Source: Schizochytrium sp. TIO01
Taxonomy: Eukaryota > Protista > Bigyra: Labyrinthulomycetes
Direction: 5' to 3'
Length of the DNA: 64,000 nt
Assembly (NCBI GenBank): GCA_004764695.1
Contig: SMSO01000037.1
Span: 4,812,747 to 4,876,746 of the forward strand
Below are positions 1 through 9,851 of the stretch, in pieces (the first letter of the stretch is position 1; each line of letters begins with the position of its first letter). Under the pieces are notes generated by a model. The model made no database searches and had not been told where the DNA came from. It worked only from the letters and a program-made list of their open reading frames with translations. Position numbers and translations under genes: made by a program.

Positions 1-184
1 GATCGAGGCCGAAGAAGCAGATAGCGGTAATAAGAGATCTGCCAGGTTATCGTCGTCTGCTTACTGCTTGCCGCGCTCGAGCTTGGCCTACTCTGGCGCC
101 AGTTCGACTGGCTGTAAGCTCTACTCCCGGCACAGTTTCCTCTTCTATATACCTTTCCTATTCTCCACTTGCCCTTCTCTATAA

Positions 185-234
185 CCTACAGTGTGATCTT
201 TATATCCTACAGTGTGATCTTTATATCCTACAGT
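185..234. repeat. 21-bp direct tandem repeat (CCTACAGTGTGATCTTTATAT x2 plus a partial third copy)
   Basis: Copies at 185-205 and 206-226, partial copy at 227-234, read directly. Confidence 0.9.
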
Positions 235-674
235 ACCTAAGGTACGTCATTTCTTTCCATGCTAAACAATGCTGCTTTTTATTAGCCTTTTGACATTTTA
301 GTAGGTAGGTAGACCCATGCTCTCGGAAAACCTCAGAATGAGACCGATGCGTTCTGACACGAAACAGCGTATTTTTTCAAACCCTTCAGAAGTTAAAGTC
401 TTCCATTCTGCTGAGTAGTCCTGCCCAAGCTTCGGATTGAAAATCAATTTGAGAAGCGAGATGGAGGAAGGCGAAGAAGCCCGCACGGCACCGTGGATGT
501 GGTATAATGAAAAATAAGAAGAAAAAAATTACACTTACTCTTTATAGTGAACAAGGGTGCAAAGAAGGAATAGGGCCCATCATAAAAAGAGTGTAGTTGG
601 TGGAGCGGAGCGATAAAACCTGGAGCACCAAAACGGGAACGAAGAACTGCGCAAAGCAGATCTTGAGACCGTGG

Positions 675-1952
675 ATGCTTGCAAAAGAACTTCGCTCGGC
701 CGGTCGCAGAGGTTTGACACGAGGATTTCAGGCTTCTAGCGGCGCGATGGATCGTCTGGGCCAGGATGGCGGAGTTCGTCGGTCGCAGCGCAGCTCGCCA
801 GAGCTATCAGTGGCGCCCATGATGGCGTGGACTACGCGGCACCAACGATACTTCGCGAGACTCCTTGCGCCCACCACCACTCTATGGACTGAAATGGTTG
901 TGGACCAGACCGTCGTGCACTGCGGAGACCGCCTCTGGCAACACTTTGGGCACCACGATGTCGAGCACCCACTCGTTCTCCAGGTTGGAGGCAATGACGT
1001 TGAAGCAATGCGTCGAAGCGCAGAACTTGCTCAGGATTGGGGTTTCGACGAAATCAATCTCAACGTAGGATGTCCCAGTAAAACCGTTGCCAAGAACGCA
1101 TTTGGAGCCAGCCTTATGCTCAAACCCGACCTTGTTCGTAACATCGTCACCAGCATGCAATCAGTGTCACAAGTTCCTGTGACCGTGAAGTGCCGTCTTG
1201 GCGTTGATGATTGTGATGATTATGCGTTTCTTTACAATTTTGTGGCGTCTATTCCGGAGTGTGATCATTTTATTGTACACGCAAGAAAAGCACTCTTGAA
1301 TGGAATCAATACAAGGCAGAACAGAGCAGTCCCACCTCTCATGTACGACCGTGTCTACCAGCTTTGCGAGGACTTCCCGGACAAAAAATTCACTTTGAAT
1401 GGAGGCCTTTCATCTGTGCAGGACGTCCAAGAGGTCCTGGCGGCACAGCCCAAGCTGCAGGGAGTCATGCTAGGCCGAGCGGCCTACAAAAACCCGTGTT
1501 TGCTGACAAACCTCGAGTACCACGTGCTCGGTGAAACAAGTGTTGCTTCACTCACGCGCCGTGACGTTTTTGACCGCTATGAGAAATACGCCATTGAGAT
1601 GGTGGATAAGGGATTCCGCCACCGCGACATTATTGCTCCCCTTGCAAACCTTCTTGCAGATCAGAAGTATGGAAAGGGATTCCGCAAGGTACTCATGTGC
1701 AGTGAGAAGCCCAAGGGACAACGGACACCCGACATGGAGTCCCTTCTCCAGGAAGCTCGTGAATGCGTCTCTGATGAGATTTTTGACAGGCCTATCGTTG
1801 AAGAACTCACTGAGGCGAGCGTTTTTGCAGAGACCAAAAGCACCACAAGCACTGACTCCAAGCCAGTAGCGGAAGCAGAGAACGCTCTTGATGATTCTCT
1901 TCTTGAAGACTGCCCTTGCGAAGCCGCCCTCGAAGCCAAGGCATCTGCTTAA
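675..1952 (+). CDS. dusA: tRNA-dihydrouridine synthase, DusA-type (FMN-dependent), probably organelle-targeted
   Basis: Motifs LSVAPMM, LWTEMV, LQVGG, EINLNVGCPS (catalytic Cys), PVTVKCRLGVDD, HARKA, NGG, GVMLGRAAY. The ORF-track start at 597 is TTG; the first in-frame ATG is 675 and gives an Arg-rich, acid-poor N-terminus (MLAKELRSAGRRGLTRGFQASS) resembling a mitochondrial presequence. Confidence 0.9.
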   Translation: MLAKELRSAGRRGLTRGFQASSGAMDRLGQDGGVRRSQRSSPELSVAPMMAWTTRHQRYFARLLAPTTTLWTEMVVDQTVVHCGDRLWQHFGHHDVEHPLVLQVGGNDVEAMRRSAELAQDWGFDEINLNVGCPSKTVAKNAFGASLMLKPDLVRNIVTSMQSVSQVPVTVKCRLGVDDCDDYAFLYNFVASIPECDHFIVHARKALLNGINTRQNRAVPPLMYDRVYQLCEDFPDKKFTLNGGLSSVQDVQEVLAAQPKLQGVMLGRAAYKNPCLLTNLEYHVLGETSVASLTRRDVFDRYEKYAIEMVDKGFRHRDIIAPLANLLADQKYGKGFRKVLMCSEKPKGQRTPDMESLLQEARECVSDEIFDRPIVEELTEASVFAETKSTTSTDSKPVAEAENALDDSLLEDCPCEAALEAKASA

Positions 1953-2673
1953 ACATTTTTTGTCAACCTCAAAACACGCCATCGTTTTTAATTCGCAGGA
2001 AACGCCAAATCTGCAAATGACTTTCCACATCACCTCGCTTACCTGCTCACCAACACTCAACTATATACATACATTCATCACTAGAATTATTTGCAAGCTT
2101 ATGTATGTCACTAGAACCATTAAACCCAAAGGGAAGATATATTACCACCTTGTACATTATTTTATACATCCATCCCAAGCAAGAACTGAAGCGCATGCCC
2201 TTATTTCCCTTATTTGATCAAACTTTGCTTTCACTTAACTAGACCTCTACTTGAACGTATGCGTGCCCACCTCGTCGATGAATTAAATGACGAACCGAGT
2301 GAATAAAACAATCTCCGTATTGCTCAACCAGGGACCCCTCATTGGAAAATTCTTCCCCACACAGAATGAGCGCACACCTCTGCGGAGACTCCTACTAGCA
2401 TCTAGGCCTTGAATTGCCCTACCACTTCGCCACACTAGGGGCACCTTAGTAACTCCTATGTGTTTAATATAGTACAATTGCTTAATTAATTTTGCCAGGG
2501 ATAGAGGCGTTTCGGGCTCAACTCCGAGCGAAATAACAGCTTCACTCCGTTGCTGCTTGGGCTGGCAATGCACAAAATCAGGTTTCGGTGGAGGCGGTAG
2601 ACTTTCATACGCGTATTTGCCGCCCAAGGTGGTAGTAGCTAAGTTTGTCAGTGTGCTTGACTGGAAAGTGAAG

Positions 2674-3174
2674 ATGATGGCGTGGCCCGAAGTGGCAGTA
2701 TCGTCTTCGACATCGGCGACCTTGAAGAACTGTATTAATAATGGAGTAATTGCGCATGTCAGATGTGGCGACGAAGATGGTGACGAATTGGAATTTGGGA
2801 AGGATACGGAAGAGTTCCAATTCCCACTGCAACAATTTCCCAGTGAACTCGTGCGGCACCAGATTGCACAGTTCCTTGAGGGAAGGGATCTTGTGCGACT
2901 TTCAATGTGTTCGCGAGGCGCGCATATGATGGTGCCCGGGTGGACCCATCTATGGAGGTCGCACATTATGTCTTTCGAGCTTGGACCAGAGGCAGAAATC
3001 GTACTTCGCGGCGAGCATGCTATGGCCTGGCCCGAGATTTACGCCCGTCTCTGGTGTCATAAAAACAAGTTGTGTGTTTACTGCGCTCAGCCGTGTGAAA
3101 GACCAGAGCTGCCAACTACTGTTACAAAGGCCCATCGGCCGCTGTGTATGTGGGCTCGTCGATTACAATGTTAG
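2674..3174 (+). CDS. Small F-box-like protein with a C-terminal Cys-rich segment
   Basis: FPLQQFPSELVRHQIAQFLEGRDLVRLSMCSR...LW fits the F-box pattern (LP.El...I..fL...dL.rls.vcr.W). CVYC...C follows. The first in-frame ATG is 2674. The 3' end may be spliced (GTATGT at 3146), but I found no acceptor that extends the frame. Confidence 0.6.
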   Translation: MMAWPEVAVSSSTSATLKNCINNGVIAHVRCGDEDGDELEFGKDTEEFQFPLQQFPSELVRHQIAQFLEGRDLVRLSMCSRGAHMMVPGWTHLWRSHIMSFELGPEAEIVLRGEHAMAWPEIYARLWCHKNKLCVYCAQPCERPELPTTVTKAHRPLCMWARRLQC

Positions 3175-4095
3175 GTAGGGAATATCTCATGCGTGCTTAC
3201 TGAGCCAACCTCCCAGGGTGAAGACAGAGACCTTTTCCGGTCCCACGCAAACACCCCCACATGTTGCATACAAAAATTAACTTCGCACCACCAAACTTAT
3301 CAAACAACGAAATCCTGCACACTTCACCTACCTTTCGCATGCACGCACCATGTTTGCTACAATTCACGATATTGTATCTTGAGCTGGGAGCCTTTCGTGC
3401 TATTATATTGAGAGAAGAGCGCATGGCGAAATCTACTAGATTTCTCCTCACCTTTCGATTTCTTAGAGCCTTGTACTTCATCCCTAAAAATTCATATCTG
3501 CTTAAATGGTGTATGCTGCAAAATTAATTAGTGATTATGAACTGCTGAACTTCAATCACATATCTGCCCTAACCTTTCTTTTGCTCGTTTTGTTCACACG
3601 AGGACACTGTATAAGATCTGTGCTACTGTACCAGATTAAATATTAAAGTGTCTTTCGAATCTTAAACAAGAGACTATATGGTGTCTCTTTGTGTCCAAGA
3701 CTTAATACGCGCTATTACTTTTCTCTCGTAAACAAGAAAGAAAAAAAAGCCAAGTATTGTTACCACTACTAACAGTACTACCAATGTATTGAAGCTGTGC
3801 TAAAAGGGTAATATATAGATTTCAAGTTAATAGATTGGTCATTCTAGTGGAAGTTAGGATGGTGCAGAGATTCATTAAAAGTGCTTATGAAGTTTTTTCT
3901 TATCTTTTTAAATTAAAAAAAGTTGTTGATCAGTAAATATACAATTGACAAAGGGAGGAAGAGTTTAACTCAACGTTTGAGAGAATATTGCAATTCGGAA
4001 GAAGAGTAAAAGTGTTGTACATTATTGTAACTTCCCATTCTCTTTCTCTGTTACCAAGAGAATCTATTTTCACTCATATAAGATTTTGAAATGAA

Positions 4096-7000
4096 TTATG
4101 TCTGCAAGGACTCTGGATCGATACCGAGGTCCTTTAGACAAGCATAGTGAACAACCTTTCCACTAGGTAATCTTGCTACAGCCTGCCCATCAAGAAAGTG
4201 TCTGCCACACTTTGGATTTGCGCAGGTAGAAAATTGAGTGATAACAGAGTAGCGACGGCGAAGAAGTGACAATGATTGACGTGCAGAAACCTCTTCCTTT
4301 TTCAACAGTTGTTTCACTACTTGAGAATCTCGGTATCGAGATTCTTGATATCGAAATGTTGCTTTTAAGAGTGAGTGAAGTTTCGCTAAAGGCAAGTCCC
4401 CTGGCATAATCTGAAGAACCTTGCTAGTATCTATCTCGCGAGGGTGTCGCTCGGTGAGACGCAAGGCCTCATCAACACGGCCAGAGCTCACCATTGCTTG
4501 AACAAGTAGATTGAATACATCGCCGCAACCAGAAGAACCAGAAGAATAAACCCGAGAACAATATGCCTCAGCTTTGGAAATAGAGTTGAGCTCATCAACG
4601 TAAATACGAAGAGCTTCCTTGTGACGATTCAGACGACTTAGCACAATGGCATAAGCCGCGTGCAATGTTGTGGGTTTGAGGCACAAAGCCAATTCACTAG
4701 GGTTATAATGTGTTGAAGTCTCCAGAAATCTTAAAAGCTTATCCATCGTCTTCTGCGCCAGAGGAAATGACTTGGCTTGCAGATATTCAACCTGCTTCAT
4801 GTATAACAGACCAAGCTTATTGTGCGCGTTCGGTGTCATGTCTCCCGTACTATCGATTACATATTCCAAATATGCAATAGATATTGGATTTTGGAACGCT
4901 TCACCGTTCTCTTCAGCTTCAGTTCTAGCTCTTTCATCAAGTTCTTCAAGCCGATCAGTAACTTTGCTAACAGAAAGAGCACTGACGTTCGGCGGAGGCT
5001 GGAAAATAGCAAGCGAATCTTGCACGATGCAAGCATCAATGATCCAACCACAATACTCAAGAATGACTTTTTCATGTTCTGCACCTAGGCGGCGAAGGTA
5101 CTCAATCGACCTAGCAACAAACGGTGAGCTTGCTGCGCGTGCTTTTCGAGGTGCTTTGCGTCCCGTAGCCTGCACCTGGGACAAAACACGTCCTTCATTT
5201 TGTTCCAATTTATGCAACCAGCTTAGACCATTCTCGTGTAGCCCTTTACCAAAGTAAAGCCAAAGTAGAGTCTCCCACGACTCCGGATACTGAAGTAAGA
5301 GTTGCTCACATTGGTCGACCGAACACCAATTCTGGCCCCGCAAAAATTGAGTTTTCTGGTCGCGGACATGGGCCACCATTGCGCGCATTTCTGTTGCTTC
5401 AGTTGTTGATGTTGTCATGGTTGAGGGGCCCGAACTTGCGTCACTCAAAACTAATCCTCGTAGTATAAGGTCATCTACTATGCACAAAGTCTCTTGGATA
5501 ATTCCATCAATTGATTCGAGACGGCGGCCTTCATTTTTTTCCTGCTCCTCAAGTAATTGATTCACAGCGGCCTGCATTGATAACAACTGTTGACGATATT
5601 GAAGAGCGTATGGTAAAAAGACCGTCAAAATTGCTCGAGCAAACACGGCACCTCGTAAAAAAGAGAGGTCGTCTGTTGCCTCAATGATAGAGCTTTGCAC
5701 AACATATTCTGGCTCGTAGTCTAGGGCAAGTATAGGCGCAGACGCGAGCGATACAGGTGGCGGGGTTGAAGTGCGGGAAGAAGGCTCCGCTGAAGACGCT
5801 TCACGGCTAGCTTTGGTTGCTGTGATACGCATAGCATGCAAATATGCATGATAAAGTTCTCCTAGCTCTGTTCGCAAGTCTGCTAAATTCAAAGATGTTG
5901 TAACGGCAGCCTCGGGGGCATCAAAAAGCTCTGTTCTCATGAAAAGCAATGCCACAAAGTCGAAGGGAAGCCTGCCAGTAGCCTTTGCGCCATTTAGCAG
6001 CTGCGCTGCATGCTTAAAGTCATGGCGAGGAGCGCAGTCACGAAAATAATAGAGCGCCGCGTGAGCACGTGCTTTGGCTTGCAGCAAACGCAGTCCCTGC
6101 TGAGTTACCCCAGCACCAGGATAGACCATAAGGTTCTCTCCGCTACCACTATGTGATGACCCCTGGTCCCATGCAGCCATTTCAGCTGCATCAAAAATTT
6201 CAAGTGCACAACCCAAGTAGTTTTCGTCAAGTGCTTGATCTAAAAGTATATCTAGCATCTCCGGCAAGGTGCGTAGAAGTAGGACATGAACATACTTCTC
6301 ACTAGCCATAAAAACTGCTGTACGCCGAGTTTGCAGATCTTTGCCAGAGTTTTGAGGCGCACTACTCAAACGCTCCGTTGTCTTTGCAACATGTGTACAT
6401 CCCGGTAGTGTAAGAACTTGAACCCTACGGCACGTTGTTGCAAGGTGAATCTCGATTTTCCTATGCAAGAGACCGACCATAAACGGCTGACATGCAATAA
6501 CAGCGCTAGGTACCTCAGTCCACGATACGCATTCCCCGGAGTCTAGACTAGTGGAAGGTTTGACCCTGCCATTCCAGCTATTGCTAGAAGCACTAGTCGA
6601 ACCAAACGGGGCACCCTCGTTGCTACGCGAAGAGCGGCTTGTTCGCGAAGGCTGTCCATCAAATCCTACAAAGAAACCTTGATTATCTTTACATAAAAGC
6701 AACTCACCTGCAGAGTTTGCTCCAGCCATTTCTGCAAAAGCACCAGGCTCTTGCCATGCGCCACCACCTGACCCTGGGTTCGTTTGTGTGGAGGCTCCAG
6801 TGGGTTTATCGATACTTAGTAACTGAGCGGAAGAGCTGCGAACATTGCACATGAGTGGCTGTTTGCGCCCCCCGGTGCGCATGCGTGGTCTTTTATTCTC
6901 CGCACCTGTGCGCAGATTGAAAAATGCATAGTCTTTAGCAAAGCCCACGCAGACCTGGTCAGGCCCAGTCCATTGTAAAGAACGGACAGTTTCGGTCATA

Positions 7001-7878
7001 GGTATATGATAAACAACCCGAAATTTACCAGGTGGACTGCGCCCTCGAGCACCTGGCGCAGCACTTCCAGTGATGGCTCCACCGTTTGGGTTTGGAGAAG
7101 TTGGAGAAGAAGCTGCTGTTGCACCACCACTTGGACGCCTTGCGGAGCTGTCACGGTTCACCTTGTAATGAAGAACTACTAGAAGTCGTTTGAAGGCAAC
7201 GCAAATGAAGTCACTCTCGGTATCGACTGCATAGCACAACACGGTGCGTGAAGAGGAGAAGATGTCAGCAGTTCCAAGCTCTAAAGTTATAGTCTCAGAA
7301 GGACCAGGGGCCACAACTTGTAAAAGAGGGTCTCCTCCGAATTGGTGCGCCACAAGATCGCCATCATGGATGCTGAAAAGAAGACCAAACTTTTCTACGA
7401 ATTGCAGCTGCGAAACTGGCTTTTTGGACGGGTTAAACCTCTTTAGCGAAACTCTCATTCGCAAAGACACGCTGGCGCTGTTCAGATCACTCGAAGCTCC
7501 AGAAGAAGAAGTCACCACATCGGTGCTGGATGATGTTTTGGGGCGACTTTCGTAGACGAGAAGCATGCCATCCGCAGTGCCAATGAAGATAGTGATTTTT
7601 TCTAAAGGCACAGCATCAATATCGATTCTATCTTTGTTGCTTGAGCTGGAGCTTCCTGAGGAGGAGGTCGTGCTGGACTTAGCAAGGCTGTCATTGCCAG
7701 TGGAGTTCGAGTTGGCCGAAGTTGAGTTAGCTCCGAGGCCTTGCGAGTATATTGCCAGGCCCTCGATGCGTGCAGACAATGGAGGTTGAAGGGTCTCTGC
7801 TCGAAAGCAGGCCGTTTGGACTGGCGTCGCAGCATGACCCTCTCCAAGCCCTCCAGCGCCGCCTAAGTGCAGTAGCAT
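4096..7878 (-). CDS. Vam6/Vps39/TGFBRAP1-like HOPS/CORVET tethering subunit (CNH beta-propeller, helical repeat, C-terminal zinc finger)
   Basis: 1260-aa ORF. N-terminal CNH-like motifs (IFIGTADGMLLVY, KKPVSQL, ICVAFKRLL, VSWTEVP). Vps39-like middle (LLWLYFGKGLHENGLSWL, SIEYLRRLG, IAYLEYVI, HNKLGLLY, LLRFLETSTHY, LSRLNRHKEALRIYV, AEAYC). Terminal C-x4-C...HxxC (TCANPKCGR...VHYAC). Confidence 0.88.
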   Translation of the reverse strand: MLLHLGGAGGLGEGHAATPVQTACFRAETLQPPLSARIEGLAIYSQGLGANSTSANSNSTGNDSLAKSSTTSSSGSSSSSNKDRIDIDAVPLEKITIFIGTADGMLLVYESRPKTSSSTDVVTSSSGASSDLNSASVSLRMRVSLKRFNPSKKPVSQLQFVEKFGLLFSIHDGDLVAHQFGGDPLLQVVAPGPSETITLELGTADIFSSSRTVLCYAVDTESDFICVAFKRLLVVLHYKVNRDSSARRPSGGATAASSPTSPNPNGGAITGSAAPGARGRSPPGKFRVVYHIPMTETVRSLQWTGPDQVCVGFAKDYAFFNLRTGAENKRPRMRTGGRKQPLMCNVRSSSAQLLSIDKPTGASTQTNPGSGGGAWQEPGAFAEMAGANSAGELLLCKDNQGFFVGFDGQPSRTSRSSRSNEGAPFGSTSASSNSWNGRVKPSTSLDSGECVSWTEVPSAVIACQPFMVGLLHRKIEIHLATTCRRVQVLTLPGCTHVAKTTERLSSAPQNSGKDLQTRRTAVFMASEKYVHVLLLRTLPEMLDILLDQALDENYLGCALEIFDAAEMAAWDQGSSHSGSGENLMVYPGAGVTQQGLRLLQAKARAHAALYYFRDCAPRHDFKHAAQLLNGAKATGRLPFDFVALLFMRTELFDAPEAAVTTSLNLADLRTELGELYHAYLHAMRITATKASREASSAEPSSRTSTPPPVSLASAPILALDYEPEYVVQSSIIEATDDLSFLRGAVFARAILTVFLPYALQYRQQLLSMQAAVNQLLEEQEKNEGRRLESIDGIIQETLCIVDDLILRGLVLSDASSGPSTMTTSTTEATEMRAMVAHVRDQKTQFLRGQNWCSVDQCEQLLLQYPESWETLLWLYFGKGLHENGLSWLHKLEQNEGRVLSQVQATGRKAPRKARAASSPFVARSIEYLRRLGAEHEKVILEYCGWIIDACIVQDSLAIFQPPPNVSALSVSKVTDRLEELDERARTEAEENGEAFQNPISIAYLEYVIDSTGDMTPNAHNKLGLLYMKQVEYLQAKSFPLAQKTMDKLLRFLETSTHYNPSELALCLKPTTLHAAYAIVLSRLNRHKEALRIYVDELNSISKAEAYCSRVYSSGSSGCGDVFNLLVQAMVSSGRVDEALRLTERHPREIDTSKVLQIMPGDLPLAKLHSLLKATFRYQESRYRDSQVVKQLLKKEEVSARQSLSLLRRRYSVITQFSTCANPKCGRHFLDGQAVARLPSGKVVHYACLKDLGIDPESLQT

Positions 7879-9851
7879 CCTGAGAAGCCACCAAACTCAG
7901 GAATACTGAGTCGGCTTTGCAGGAGATGCACTGCTCGCAGCTTGATGCTGGAAACGGTCCGCAGGTCGATTGGGAACTGAAGTCTACAAGCGAGCAAACG
8001 TCAACGATGATCTTTTCTATCTTAACGTGGTACCAGGGTATTTATTACCTACCCTATCATCGATGATAAATCTCATGTTTTTCTCTTTTTCTTTTTCTTT
8101 TTCTGCTTCGTGTTCCTCTTCTTCTCTAATAGCAGGAAGTAGGAGGTCAACTCGTCCTAGGTAGGGTATATACCTACTAGCTGTCATGCTATTTACGTGA
8201 ACTTGAGCACCAATTTTCATGACACCTTTTCATTCACGAAATGTGAATGCTTCGGCTCACGGTTCCCATCGAAGGTAGGCCTACAATTATTCAAGACTTT
8301 CACCAATTGCTCACATAACTATGACTGAAGAATGCACGCCCTGTGTTGATCTTCTCAAGGCAAAATTAAGATTCAATTATCACAGAGCCTCAATTATTTT
8401 GTAGTACAGAATATTATCAACAGAGAGATGGACTTTAAAAGATAACGAGGTAGTGAGTCTACCACTGCAATGCCCTAATAATAGAGAGAAACGGAGCTAC
8501 TAGAACTTATATGGAGCACATTTGTGGTCCAAAAAAATTAATTCAGTCGGAAACTGAAGGTATTACATGAACACAGTGCAAACAACATTGGACCATAACG
8601 AAAAGATGCCTTCTATCTCACTTGGCGTTAGTAAATGTCTACCTATGGCGAGCTCAATTGCCTTTTAGCTGGTGTGTGATCATGTTGGTCCAAGCTTGAG
8701 TTCGTCCCAATGACATAATATGTCCAAAATTCGGGTGAGTCTGAGTTTCGTGTGAATCGTTGATTGAGAGAAGTTTCAATCATACTCAAGGTGTTACTTA
8801 GTCCACGCAGTATGCATAATGGGTGAACTAATTGAGTCCGGGCTTATTTTCTGTAGAGAGAGTGTAAAGAACCCGACAACGTTGCAGGATGTATTCAATT
8901 GTCATTCATTTGTTTCTAGGAAACCATGGGATTTCTAAGCAAGGCGAATAGCAATATGTACAAATCAAGCCCCCCTGATTAGACAAACTCAACAAGACCA
9001 ATATAGCCGACAAAGCATTGCTATTTGTGCAGACAGTATTGCTGAGAGTAACAGAAAATTGTCTTGCTCACTCTATGGGGCACAAGCTTGCACTTGACTC
9101 TGTGAAAACTATCGTGTTATACTTTTATCTAAATTTGGAACCTCCATGATAGTCAACAATTTAAGTGGACGGATCAAAGCAAGACAGTCTCAAATGATTT
9201 GTCATTGGGGGCACTTTAGTTTCCGTCAAGCGCTCTTTTTAAAAGTTGACCCCCCCCCCCCACACCCACACCCCGGTTTATTTTTACCATTTGCCGAGAG
9301 GATTACACTCCCAAGACATGCAATGAATATGGTACCATCCACGACAAGCTCGGAATAACACATTCAAGGTTTTCAAATGACGTAAATGCACACACAAAGC
9401 CGATCGTAATTTCCACTCCACCAGATGCATTCTTTTGCTCTACACATCCAAGGACATGATTTTAAAATTGTCAGTGAGTCGCGGGTTGAAAAGCAAACCC
9501 GCGATCGAGCCTTGACACCATAGGAAATGCAAGCAAGTCTTGCAAACTTTATTGGTTAAATACTAAGTGAGCATCTAAGATTTTCTTAATAATACGAGAG
9601 GCAAAGCAAAAGTAACTGTGATTCTAGGATTCATGAAATGAATCTCTTTAAGCAAACAAGAATGAATTGCTAGAGAGTAAAGAACGATAAGCTAATCGGG
9701 ATAGAAAGAGGGAGAACAAGATTATTGTTGTAGGGCCCTCTTGTTAATGTGGTAGCCTGGAATTTCGAAATTCTGTTTCTTCAATAGTCGAGAATAGTTG
9801 CGACTCCGACGAAGTCTGTCTGCGTGCTTATATGTGAATGCTTGTTAGTGC

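Noticed and set aside
9479-9504. 9-bp inverted repeat TCGCGGGTT/AACCCGCGA as a terminator or MITE end
   Set aside because: An isolated short hairpin with no U-tract and no second copy; intrinsic terminators are not expected in nuclear DNA.
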